This document shows positions 51,635 to 62,370 of a DNA stretch of 64,000 nucleotides, piece after piece; the first letter of the stretch is position 1; every line of letters starts with the position of its first letter. A program made the translations under genes and the position numbers. The notes beneath the pieces are model-generated. The model worked only from the letters and a program-made list of their open reading frames with translations. It was not told where the DNA came from and ran no database searches. This DNA is from Nitrosopumilus sp. (GTDB lineage Archaea; Thermoproteota; Nitrososphaeria; Nitrososphaerales; Nitrosopumilaceae), in contig OZ243974.1 in NCBI GenBank assembly GCA_965214775.1, forward strand, positions 2,048,001 to 2,112,000. Direction: 5' to 3'.

Positions 51635-53169
51635 AGACTTTATGCGTAATCGGCCCATCTGATCTAAAAATACGACACAATAGATCATTATTTGCACACC
51701 AACAACCCTAAAGATCTGTATGATTCCCTAACTGTATGGGCTCAAATGACAAGACTCTCCAAGCATTTCAAGCGTTACAAGCGCAACACGAGATGCTAGT
51801 CGAGCAACACGAGCAGGTATCCAAGCAAAACAAACAGATGTCCAAGCAAAACGAGCGTATGAGGAAGCAGCTTGCGTTTGAGGACTCGTTGTGGCAGTCC
51901 GAAGAAAACAAGACAAAAAGAGTCGTGCGCGGCGGGACGCCTCTGCGGATGCACGCAATCGAGGTTGCAGACAGCATAATCGGCGATCCGGTGCGCCTTC
52001 GCAACGTCACGGGATGCACAAAGGAGTCATTTGAGATCATACTGGAGCGCTTTACGGAAGAAGTCATGGACGACGAGGACAGACCCCTGTTCTGGGAGGA
52101 CGACGTAAGAGGCGGCGATGCCGGAAACCGGTGCAAGCTGTACATCAGGCACGCGCTGCTTGCAGTACTCATGAGCATAAGGACCAAGGCAACGCAGCAT
52201 CATCTGGCCGCAACGTTTGACGTCGACCAGTCCACAATGTCCAGGTACCTCCGGTACGGTGCCGTGTTACTGCGCCAGATCCTGCCTGCCTCCGAAAAGC
52301 TAACAAGCATCATCTGCAAGACCCCGGCAGGCAAGCTGGAGGAGGTGCTGATCCCAAAAAAGACGCTCCTGATTGACGGCACCCTGACTCCGGTAGACAG
52401 GCCCGGGGACAGGACCGCAAGAAAGACCAGATATTCGGGAAGAAAAAAGCGGCACATGTTCAACACGATAATTACCTCGAACCTGGACGGCCTCATACTG
52501 CACTGCGGCAAGACTGTGGACGGAAGCGTCAACGACAAGGGCGTGATGAACGCAGGGGGCGGCCCGGACTTTGGAAGGCACACCGGATCAATGAGGAATG
52601 CAAAAAACGCAGACGATCCGGAAGAGGCGTTTGTGATTTACAGCGACCTGGGATTTGAGGGCATTCAAAAGATGCTTCCGGGCGCCATACACAGGCAGCC
52701 CCCAAAGAAGCCCAGGGACGGGGATCTTACTGCAACGCAAAAGAGGCGCCGCAAGCAGATAAGCAGGGTTCGCGTCAGGGTGGAGCACCACATAGGGCGG
52801 CTCAAAAGATATGGCATTCTTACCATGCCGTTTGGCGGAACTGCCAAGGATCTCAATTATTTCATGCAGATAATCACGGGTCTTGAGAACCTCAAGACGA
52901 TGTTGAAAAGGAAAAAATACTATGGCCAGCTGCTGCAGCAGCTGCATCTGCTGCCAGACACATGACATACGGCGGTACGGACCGCCATTCTTTCTGACTT
53001 GTCAACGGGGCACATTGCCGTGCTGCATGGTTGCGCACGTTCTTTTGGCGCAACTGGCTTTTACGTGCGTCATGACACGAGATGCATGCGGTAATTTGAT
53101 CCGATCAGCGCATTTGCGTTTGGAAAAGCCTACGGAATTTTTAATCACGGTCGATTACGCATAAAGTCT
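51635..53169 (+). mobile_element. ISL2-like type-2 element, copy 2
   Basis: Same TIRs and near-identical sequence to 12752-14286. Confidence 0.93.
51736..52965 (+). CDS. ISL2-like transposase
   Basis: 409 aa; only a few substitutions relative to copy 1. Confidence 0.92.
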   Translation: MGSNDKTLQAFQALQAQHEMLVEQHEQVSKQNKQMSKQNERMRKQLAFEDSLWQSEENKTKRVVRGGTPLRMHAIEVADSIIGDPVRLRNVTGCTKESFEIILERFTEEVMDDEDRPLFWEDDVRGGDAGNRCKLYIRHALLAVLMSIRTKATQHHLAATFDVDQSTMSRYLRYGAVLLRQILPASEKLTSIICKTPAGKLEEVLIPKKTLLIDGTLTPVDRPGDRTARKTRYSGRKKRHMFNTIITSNLDGLILHCGKTVDGSVNDKGVMNAGGGPDFGRHTGSMRNAKNADDPEEAFVIYSDLGFEGIQKMLPGAIHRQPPKKPRDGDLTATQKRRRKQISRVRVRVEHHIGRLKRYGILTMPFGGTAKDLNYFMQIITGLENLKTMLKRKKYYGQLLQQLHLLPDT

Positions 53170-53330
53170 TCTACCAAACTCTTGTTTTGCTCTTGCAGTG
53201 TTTGGACAAACTCGACATCTGAACCCATACCGTTAGAGAGCCATTACTGATCTTTATGGTTGTAGGTATGCAAACCATGATCTGTTGTGTTGTATTTTTA
53301 GATCAGATTTTCCAATTACGCATAAAGTCT
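53170..53330 (-). mobile_element. 5' end fragment of a sibling ISL2 type-2 element
   Basis: TIR ends at 53330; encodes MGSDVEFVQTLQEQNKSLVE. Confidence 0.8.
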
Positions 53331-54126
53331 AGTCACACCTTGATGATCAAGACGTCTGGTTTCTTGAGGGAGACGACATCGTGTTTGCCAAGGACTGGCC
53401 GATAGGATACATAGGTGAGACCGTCTGGCTTTTGGAGGACCAGATAAGGAGATAGGAATCATGTACGGCGCACCTAGTAGTATTGTATCCCTTGGAATAC
53501 CACGTCCTGACCGCATCCTTACAGACACAAGAACGCGCAGCTGTGTTACAGCATCCGTCTTGGTTCTGATATGCATTACGGTGGTGGGGGCGGCAGGCCA
53601 TCCTGTCTACGCGCAGACTCAGACGCTGGATCTGGTGACTGCCATACTGGACGACGGCGTGGAGCAGCACAGCGTATATGCGAACTATGCGGCAAGGACG
53701 GCGTTTGCGACCGTAGCCGCACCGTCAGCATCCACCGAAACCATCAGGTTCTCGGCGCTGGATCAGGACATCGTTGTGATCCGCGAATACTCTACTCTGG
53801 AGGACGGCATACTTACATGGGTGGGCACCGACGGCTCGGGTGCCCCCACGATCCTCATAGTAGAAGAGGCCAAGGTGTTTGGCACGATAGAGACGCATGG
53901 CCAGACATACGCCGTTGTGCCGGTCTCCGCCACAGCAGTCCACGAGGTGCTCGAGCTGGATCCGTCAAGATTCCCGCCCATAGACAATGCGGTTGCTGAT
54001 ACTGCTGCCTCCAGATCGTCTGCGATGATGCCAAGCGTGAACCGCGACATGATGTCCCAGCTGGCATCGGCATACATGGGATGGACGGACTACCGCCGCG
54101 ATCCAAACACTGGCGATGAGTACGAG

Positions 54127-54200
54127 GTCACCTACCCCCATCAGCTAGGCACGGATTAGCGTGCATGATTGTAATTTTCGTGCCTAGATGGTAGGGGGAC
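54127..54200. other. 74-nt imperfect hairpin insertion that frameshifts the gene
   Basis: CTAGGCACG/CGTGCCTAG core stem, with CCCCC/GGGGG and GGTCAC/GTGACC outer pairing. Confidence 0.65.
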
Positions 54201-56306
54201 GTGACCACATACGGCGATGATGTGACCATCAGAATCCTAGTTGTAGGCACACCCAGTATTCGAGAAGAGAATGCAAACATATCGTCATTGGCAAGACACA
54301 TTGTGGCAGATGTCAATCGGACATACAGTGAAAACGACCTTCCCATAATGATCGAGCTGGCAGACAACAGTCTTGCGTCCTACACTGAGGCAGACTCCAT
54401 AGACGACGATCTTGAGAATCTGATAGGCGCCACCACGCCAAGTCTGAGAAGGGTGCATACCCTGGCAGAAACCCATGAGGCGGATCTGGTAATAATGCTG
54501 ATCAAGGACACGTTTCGTAATGACACCAGCAACGGTAACAGCTACCCAGATCCTATCAAACACAACATTGCAGCACAATGCGCCAAATCCGGCGAGTTAC
54601 TGGCAAAGGGGACTGGCCGCGCGTTTGCCGTGATGTCGCACCCGTGCGTGATGACCGACTATGCTGCAGTCGCCATAGGGACACTGCAGGGTGCGGCACT
54701 ACATGACATGTCCAACCCAGAATTCAGTTATGGCCGGGGTTATCGCGCCGCTGATTCAAGCCTTCCAAGTACCATTATGGTATCGGGGGATACAGATTGT
54801 GATTCTGACACGACTGACATACAACTATGCGATCGGGAACGAATCTGGTCTGACCCACACCGCTTTTTCTTTGGCACACTGGATCCTGCAGGCACGGTGG
54901 AAAACTGGAACGCCAGGGTGCTTTTTGCAACGGCCCCGCACATCGCCTCGCTGAGAGGGGAGGCCCAGACATATGACTCGGTCATGCCGACTGGAGCCAT
55001 AACGCTTCCGTCATCCATACCCACGAGGGGAACGCTGCCAATCAACGCCACCTTCAGCGAGGACATCCACGAATGGTTCCCGCCGATCATCACCGTTACC
55101 GATGGTGCCACGACGACTGCGGTGGTAATGACGAGGACATCCCCAACCACATACACGTACCCGCACCTGCTTGACGGCGAGCAGGGGAAGGTGCAGCTGC
55201 TGTTTTCAAACGCGCGAGATATATTTGGCAACCCCGTGGTCAAAACTCCCACATCAGGCGGCAGCTTTACTGCAAACGCGGCAGACGCGACGGTGCATCC
55301 CCCGCCCATATCCGGATCCGTCACGCGGGTAAGCGAGGACTTTGAGACCCGCCTGTCCCACTCCCTCTGGCGCCTGCTTGGCGACGGCACGTGGCTCAGG
55401 GTTGTCCCAACCGAGAAGATACCGGACGCAGACATGGCCACAAACCGTGTCCTAGCATCTGATGAATGCGACGACTCGTGCATACTTCTGCTCAATTCAC
55501 CGCTTAACACGGTAGAGCCCCTCACGATATCCTTTGACCGGTATGTGGGAGGGAAGATCGACAGGGACGAGGGGCTGCATGTAGAGTACACCACCGATCG
55601 TGAGACGTGGAACACGCTTGCCTCGTATACCGAAAACAACGGCCACGACACGGGCCGGTGGGAGCGCTCCACAATCAGTCTTACAATACCCGAGAACTGG
55701 GCAAAGCTCCGGTTCCACGCAATGTCCAGCACGCAAGACGAGCCCGTGGAAATCGACAACATCGTAATATCGCCTACCGAGGCGGCCGTGCCCGATATCA
55801 CGTTTAGCTCCTCGCTGAGCAGCGGACGTACCAACATAATCCTGACGCTCTCAAAGAGCACCTCCCACATGTTCTCTGCATCCGACTTTGAGATCAGCCA
55901 CGGGAGGGTATCGTCCATACAAAACATCCAGAACTCACCTGCACGCGTCCTCACACTAAACCAGACAATACCGTATGACACGCCGGTGACAGTCACATAC
56001 GTGGGAGACTCGCTGGATCCGGACATGGATGGTGCCATACTGCACTCTGGCACCTCGTCGGTGGCCGCACCCGTACCGGCCCCTGACATGCCCCCGACCA
56101 TCTCTGCCATACCGGACGTGGAGGTGGTGCAAGGGGAAACTGCCACGAGGCAGGTAACGGCATCGGATCCCGATGGGGATGACATCGTCCTGTCGGTATC
56201 GGAGGGTCCTGACTTTGTCACCATCGCAGATGGAGGCAGCGGTGGCAGCGGCACCATAACGATAAGCCCGACGTCATCCTCGCATGTGGGTGCCTACACG
56301 GTGACG

Positions 56307-57440
56307 TAGTATCCTCGGCTACCAATTGATCACAAAAAGGACAATTTTTTTCAACCAAAGGATCTAAGAGCTATTAGTCCCATATATACACATGAAAGGA
56401 AAGAAGGAATTACCGACGGGAACAGCGTTCCTGTACGGGATAGCAAGCAAGGACGATCTTTTTAGGATGCACAAGTCCGAGAAGGACGCCAAGGCGGCAA
56501 TCCGGCTCCTTGCATACCACATGAGAAAGTGCGGCGCGAGCATATATGATATTGCCGAGAAGCTGAGCAGGCCGTATGGAACCGTACGATACTGGCTGGT
56601 GCGTGCGCACAAGCATGGCCTGGAGGGCAGGTTTGACATAAAGCATGGCGCCCCGTGCAGGCTCGACAAGAAACAGCTTGAACGGCTGCGCGCAGACCTG
56701 ATCAAGGGCCCGGACAACTGCGGCTTTAAGGCCACAACATGGACAGGGCCGCTGGTCATTGCCCACGTCAAAAAGAAGTTCGGCATCACGTATGCAGAAA
56801 CGAGCATGTACGACCTGCTGCACAGAATCGGCTTCTCATGCAGAAAGCCCAGGCCAAAACACCCAAAATCAGCCTCAGAATCCGAGAAAAAGGAGTTCAA
56901 AAAAAAGCTAGGCAGAGCGCAAAGTACTATTCAAAAAAGGGGTACACGGTAATGATAGGCGACGAGTCCATGTTCATACTGGGATGGAACGTCAAGAACA
57001 GCTGGTACCCCGTAGGAGAGCCGGTCTATACGCCCGTCAGCCTGTCTAGGAAGCGGTTCTATGTCATAGGGGCCCTCTCAAGAAACAGGTTTGACTATCG
57101 CTTTTACGAAAAGGCCAACACGGGAACATTCTACAAGTTTCTCAGGACACTGCGCCGCAAGTACGGCAAGGTGTTGTTGTTTGTCGACAACGCATCGTAC
57201 CACAAGTCAGCAGAACTCAATAGAAAGATGGCCAAGTGGAACGGGGACGTGGTGCTAAAGTACCTGCCGCCGTACGCGCCGGAGCTTAACAACTCGGAGG
57301 GGCAGTGGCGCGGGTTCAAAAAGGCGACTTCAAACTGCCTTTACAAGACCGTCAAGGAGATGCAGAGATCACTGCGCAGTATGACGCGCAGGGGCGAGAT
57401 AAAGGTGGTAAAGATGAACAAATGGCTGACGTAGATACTA
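56307..57440 (+). mobile_element. IS630 element 1, copy B (transposase 56392-57434 split at an A8 run)
   Basis: One base shorter than copy A at the poly-A run. Confidence 0.92.
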
Positions 57441-57799
57441 CGGTGATGCCGCCGTCCGCAAAGACGATAACTGGCGAGCACGCCACCTGGAGGATCACGG
57501 GCCCTGACAGGGTGTTTCCGGGGCAGACCTTCGAGTATACCGTAAACCTTGATGGCACAAGGCACCAGCACGACGCCCTTGCCGTATACAGCAGATCGCT
57601 TACCGTAGACGACTTTGGGGGATTCCCGGAGGGCTCCGGATGTAACACGACTGTATGCACTGATTTCCCGGGACAGCGGCGCCGCACGATGGAGCTTGAC
57701 AACCACGCAGGCTCGGCATACGACGTAAGGTACCACACGATCAACGCGCTCGGATACCAGTATACCATACTGTTGAGGACGGCCAACGATGCAGACGCG

Positions 57800-59231
57800 T
57801 AGTTAATTCATAAAAAAACGAACAATTTTGACAACTGCTTTTGATCCAAACATTAAGATCAGGCAAACCATCGCACATGCATGGGAAAACAGGCAGAATT
57901 TGTGGCATCAAGGGACAAATTCCTGGGCAAGCAAAGCACTCACGTCTTCGCAAGGCGTACTAGACCCGACAGTATGGAATACGACAGTTGTTGTTGCTGC
58001 AGTAGTTAATTCGTGCATGGGGGGTTTGACATACTGCCACACAAGACCCGACAGTATGGAATACGACAGTTGTTGTTGCTGCTGCTGCAGTAGTCAGCCC
58101 ATCAAATATCGGAACATCTTTACCGGTAGGATCTCTCCACTGGCAAACATCTTCCGCACGGACTGCTCCATCTCATCAAGCGTATCAAACATCTTGGCAG
58201 ACAGCCTCCGCTTTATCTCCCTCCACTGTATCTCTACAGGATTGAGCTCCGGCGCGTACGGCGGCAGGTACTCCAGTATTATCTCGCCCTTGTACTTTTC
58301 CAGCATCTCCCTTACGCCGACAGACTTGTGGTATGACGCATTATCCAGGAATATCAACACCTTTCCGTACTTTTCGTGCACCTTTTCCAAAAAGTCGCAA
58401 AAGCTGTCGGTGTTGGTCTTGTCATAGAACATATAGTAGAATATGTTAACTGCCAGCACGCCGAACATGTACCGGCGCTGCCGTGACAGCGATACGGGCG
58501 CCGTGACGCTCATGCCGCGCCTGAGCCACCCGTGTTTGGGGCTGTTTGAGGTCTTTTGTATGGATGACTCGTCTTCTGCCAGTACCGTATACCCTTGCGC
58601 CTCCTTTTCCCGTATCAGCTCCTGGGATGCCTCCTTGAACTCGTTCTGCTTTTGTTTTGAGACGGCCTTTGGGTTCTTTGGCCTCGGCTTCCTCCATGAG
58701 AACCCAAGCTCGCGTGCCAGCAGCCGCGTGCCGCTCTTGCTGTATTCTATGCCGAACTTCTTTTTGATGTGCCGTCTCATCAGGCCCGAGTCCCACAGGC
58801 TGCTCTCAAAACCGCACTCCTCGGATCCTGACTTGAGATCCGCCGCAAGCTGTTTCAGCTGCGACTCACTCAGCTTGTGCTTGCGTCCCCTGCCTGGCCG
58901 CTCGTGCCTTGCACGTATTCCCTCGTCCTGTGCGCGGATGAGCCACTTGGATATGGTGGAATGTGCCCGGTCGAGGTTCTTTGCTATCTGTTCCACACCA
59001 AGGTCGTCCTTGCGCTGCATGTATGCAAGCAGCCTGTCGCGCTTTCTCTTGTCTGTCTCCTTTTTGTACGCCTCGTGCAGGTAGGAGCGTGACGTATTTG
59101 GCAGGAATTTGCTTCCTGATGCTACGAATTCCTTTCTCTGTCTGTCCATGCATATGCGTATTCCTTGCCTGATCTTAATGTTTGGATCAAAAATAGTTGT
59201 CAAAATTGTTCTTTTTTTTATATGTTGACTA
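57800..59231 (-). mobile_element. IS630 element 2 (58003-59231) plus an inverted sibling left end (57800-57960), forming a composite
   Basis: Ends TAGTTAATTC and GTTGACTA; CG on both outer flanks. Confidence 0.8.
58094..59149 (-). CDS. IS630 transposase 2 (351 aa)
   Basis: EDES, LDNASYH and YLPPYAPELNPVE motifs. Confidence 0.92.
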   Translation of the reverse strand: MDRQRKEFVASGSKFLPNTSRSYLHEAYKKETDKRKRDRLLAYMQRKDDLGVEQIAKNLDRAHSTISKWLIRAQDEGIRARHERPGRGRKHKLSESQLKQLAADLKSGSEECGFESSLWDSGLMRRHIKKKFGIEYSKSGTRLLARELGFSWRKPRPKNPKAVSKQKQNEFKEASQELIREKEAQGYTVLAEDESSIQKTSNSPKHGWLRRGMSVTAPVSLSRQRRYMFGVLAVNIFYYMFYDKTNTDSFCDFLEKVHEKYGKVLIFLDNASYHKSVGVREMLEKYKGEIILEYLPPYAPELNPVEIQWREIKRRLSAKMFDTLDEMEQSVRKMFASGEILPVKMFRYLMG

Positions 59232-60026
59232 CGGGAGGCGCGTTCTGGGTCGGCCTGGTGGACGGGGACGGCGTCCCAAAGGGAGGCATACGTGTCACAA
59301 TTGCGGATCCTGTGACAGTCACGGCCCCCTACGAGGAGCTCGTGGCAGGCCTGTCCTTTGAGGGCGACCTCGCAGATGTGACGGGAGACAATAACGGTAC
59401 GGCGGCTGCAGGAGTGGACGTCACGTACGTGCCTGGCAGGATCGGCAGGGCGCTGCAGCTTGACAGCTCCACAAACGTCACCCTTGCTGGCGAGGCCGAC
59501 TTTGACTTTGGGCGGACAGACCCGTTCAGCATTGCGTTCTGGCTCAGGCAGGATGCGCCCGTCAATGCTAGTGCCATGCTTATGTCCAAGGCAGAGTCGT
59601 TCGGCCTTCCGGGCTCGTACGTGTGGATATGGGGAGGGGCGCCCAACAGGATCCTGCTCTCGATACACGACAACTCCACGTTCATAAACGTGCACACCCC
59701 CAACCACCTGAACATGTCAGACGGTGCATGGCACCATATCGCATTCACATACGACGGCTCTAGTGTAAAGGAGGGCCTGAACGCGTATATCGACGGCGAG
59801 CACCGGGACTATGACGGCTACCGTAGGGGCCTAGGACTGGAAGGCAACACAACAAACGACCATGCGTTTACGGTGAGGACATCCACCACGGGAGAGCGCG
59901 GCATGGCCGACTCGGTGCTTGACGAGCTTCGCGTGTATGGCGCCGAGCTGTCGGCTTGGCAGATGCGGCTGCTGCATGCTGCAGGCCTCGGCTAGTTTGT
60001 GTGATCACGGCAGGCAGAACCTTCGC

Positions 60027-60161
60027 AGAGTTGATTCAAAATTAGCAAATTCTGATTATCTGTGAACGAATTTGCATAAAGTATCTCAAAACACCAGCAG
60101 AATACAAACTATGTAAATTTCCTTAAAAAACTCGTACGACTTTTATTTTTGAATTATCTTT
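60027..60161. mobile_element. ISL2 type-1 MITE, homologous to 46332-46468
   Basis: AGAGTTGATTCAAAATTAGCAAA...CTCAAAACACCAGCA..ATACAAACTAT. Confidence 0.75.
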
Positions 60162-60229
60162 CTGGATGTACAAACTCCTGCGTGATTTTTTATAATTTTA
60201 GACGTAAACTCCTCCAATCTTCCAAAACT

Positions 60230-61279
60230 TTATTCCTCTGTGATGATGTTTTGGACGTTTTCATCTATGGCCACTTCTGCAATGTCGCTAGAATACTCTG
60301 CAATTCTTCTCAAATCCTCCAAAATGAATCTGATAATTGTCGCATTCTTTTCAGTTTCCCTAACCTTGCTCATGATCTGCTTCTCCTCGTCAATTACCCT
60401 GCCTACCTCTTGGGCTACGCGTTCGCCTTTCTCAAAATCATGTTCCTGCACTGCTGTAACCGACTTTTCAAACACGTCCAGGGATTTTTCGGATAACTTC
60501 TTTATCTTTGCAAAAATCTTTGAATCAATCCTGCCTTCGACAAACTTTGTTCTTTTTGCAATCAATCCTGCATGGTCTGCAATTCTTTCAATCCTGCTTA
60601 CAATTGCCCTATACCCCAAGCAATCTGAGGCCTTTCGCAGTCCCATGTCCTGCAGGATGCCTTGATTCCCTACTGCCAGAACCAAATTCCTTCTCATGTA
60701 TAGCCCAAATCTGTCCACTTCATCGTCCATGTTTACCACGTCATCTGCATGGGACGTGTCTGTTTCTTCGAGGGCCTCTATGGACTCTATTACCATGTTG
60801 TTTGCCATCAGATGCATTCTGTTTAGTGCCGTTTCAAATGATAATTCCGGCAGCCTTGCTAAAATTTGAATGGTCACTGATTCTGAACTAGATTCGACAA
60901 TTTCGGTGCCCATCATTGTGGAACGGACCACTTCTCTGATGCTGCGAGAATGGCCTACATGAATTCTCATTCCCCTGGTCTTGATTTTAATGGTTTTGTA
61001 ACCGGCCAAATACGCCGAGATGACTTTTCGCTTGATGCTCTCTGTGGAGTCTTTCTGGCTGGATAGAATTATTGCAGTCGTCTTTTCAGATTCCAAGGTT
61101 CCTTCCTTTGGAATTAACGTCAATGACTGGTTTGAATTTTTGACAATTGCTACATTGTCTCCTACCTTGATTTTCAGTTCCTCAACCCATCTCTTTGGGA
61201 GGGAGACGATGTATGTAGATCCTCCGCTTAGTTGCATTCGTCGCATCTGCCTTGAGCTCTCTATATCTTCCAATTGCAA
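60230..61279 (-). CDS. phoU: Archaeal phosphate uptake regulator (AbrB N-terminal domain plus PhoU domains)
   Basis: RRMQLSGGSTYIVSLPKRW, DDEVDR and IERIADHA motifs. Confidence 0.95.
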   Translation of the reverse strand: MQLEDIESSRQMRRMQLSGGSTYIVSLPKRWVEELKIKVGDNVAIVKNSNQSLTLIPKEGTLESEKTTAIILSSQKDSTESIKRKVISAYLAGYKTIKIKTRGMRIHVGHSRSIREVVRSTMMGTEIVESSSESVTIQILARLPELSFETALNRMHLMANNMVIESIEALEETDTSHADDVVNMDDEVDRFGLYMRRNLVLAVGNQGILQDMGLRKASDCLGYRAIVSRIERIADHAGLIAKRTKFVEGRIDSKIFAKIKKLSEKSLDVFEKSVTAVQEHDFEKGERVAQEVGRVIDEEKQIMSKVRETEKNATIIRFILEDLRRIAEYSSDIAEVAIDENVQNIITEE

Positions 61280-61392
61280 TCTATTTGTAAAATTTTGTTA
61301 TTTACAATTTAGTTGAGGATCTATATAGGACTATGATCTTTTCATAAAATATGATCACATGCTACATTACCGTATTTTGACCCCGACAGACT

Positions 61393-62370
61393 GTGATCAG
61401 GAACAAGCTAAAACCTGAAAGGCCGGGCCGCCTGCCCATCTCCGACAAGATCTTCAAGGTTGGCGCGACCATTGCAGGTGTCTACGTCCTAGTCATGGTG
61501 GCATTACTGGTCTTCCAGTTGACTTCCGAGTCTTATCCTGTATGGGAGGAGGAGGGTCTGGGATTTATTACCGGTACTGATTGGAATGCCGTAGAGGGCC
61601 GTGAATCCTTTGGCGCACTACCCTACATCCTTGGAACGTTGGTGACAGCCGGTCTTGCAATGGCAATCGGGGTTCCGTTAAGCCTTGGAATTGCAATGTT
61701 TATCTCTGATGCCCCTGCAAAAATCGGGGGCCCCCTTGGGTTTGTTGTGGAGCTGTTGGCAGCAGTTCCAAGCGTCATTTACGGACTCTGGGGTCTGTTT
61801 GTCTTTCGAATCTACTTTAAGGACTGGGTTGAGGAACCCCTTCATGCAGTTTTTGGTGACTCGATCTTTTTATTTTCAGGCACTCCGTTTGGCCTTGACA
61901 TCCTGACTGCAAGCGTAATTCTTGCAATTATGATTATTCCGACGGTTTCTGCCGTTTCTCGTGAAGTGATGAAGGCCGTCCCGCAACAGCAAAAGGAAGC
62001 CGCCTACATGTTGGGTGCAACAAAATGGGAAATGTTCAAACTGGCAGTTTTTCCGTATTCAAAAACCGGGTTGATAGGCGCATCAATTCTGGGACTTGGA
62101 AGGGCAGTAGGCGAAACCATGGCTGTAACCATGTTGATTGGAAACGCAACTGGGATGGCGGCCATTCCCTCGTCATTCTTCAAGCCAAGCCAGACAATGT
62201 CAAGCATCATTGCAAATGAATTTGTCGAGGCATCCCCTGCCTCGATACATCTGCCGGCACTCATCGGCGTTGCACTGGTGTTGCTGTTGATTGCCATAGC
62301 CATCAATATCGTGGCACACGTTCTGGTAACTAGAATGCTCAAGGTAAAGGAGGGCGCAATCAACAATTGA
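61393..62370 (+). CDS. pstC: Phosphate ABC permease PstC
   Basis: ELLAAVPSVIYGLWG and GRAVGETMAV motifs. Confidence 0.96.
   Translation: MIRNKLKPERPGRLPISDKIFKVGATIAGVYVLVMVALLVFQLTSESYPVWEEEGLGFITGTDWNAVEGRESFGALPYILGTLVTAGLAMAIGVPLSLGIAMFISDAPAKIGGPLGFVVELLAAVPSVIYGLWGLFVFRIYFKDWVEEPLHAVFGDSIFLFSGTPFGLDILTASVILAIMIIPTVSAVSREVMKAVPQQQKEAAYMLGATKWEMFKLAVFPYSKTGLIGASILGLGRAVGETMAVTMLIGNATGMAAIPSSFFKPSQTMSSIIANEFVEASPASIHLPALIGVALVLLLIAIAINIVAHVLVTRMLKVKEGAINN

Larger units (their letters stand above)
50152..53455 (+). pseudogene. Secreted protein (thaumarchaeal SPxxQL..C..PACV domain, C-terminal PepSY-like region), truncated by an IS
   Basis: The stop at 51634-51636 is created by the IS end. 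Removing 51635-53333 adds about 40 in-frame codons, up to a TAG ending at 53455. Confidence 0.75.
53461..59995 (+). pseudogene. Large secreted multidomain protein (about 1296 aa reconstituted): degenerate reprolysin-like domain, Ig/cadherin-like domains and a C-terminal LamG/ConA domain, split into four pieces
   Basis: Pieces 53461-54126, 54201-56306, 57443-57799 and 59234-59995 join in frame. LamG motifs FSIAFW, WHHIAFTYDG and LDELRVY. Confidence 0.75.

Noticed and set aside
54740-56257. 505-aa minus-strand ORF and similar long antisense ORFs (e.g. 25021-25986, 6520-7146)
   Set aside because: Shadow frames of real genes, with no recognisable motifs.
48868-57440. Inversion between the two oppositely oriented IS630 copies (swapping flanks gives palindromic sites)
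   Set aside because: The present arrangement already restores the host ORF in frame under the CG model; the swapped arrangement gives no coherent ORF.
57962-58094. Direct repeat of about 45 bp with a spacer of about 37 bp (mini-CRISPR-like)
   Set aside because: Only two units, of different length. It is a duplicated piece of the IS630 3' UTR around the element's right end, and there are no cas genes.
59150-59707. N-terminal extension of the 537-aa IS630 ORF in the track
   Set aside because: It extends beyond the element end and is antisense to the LamG fragment. The real start is probably 59149.
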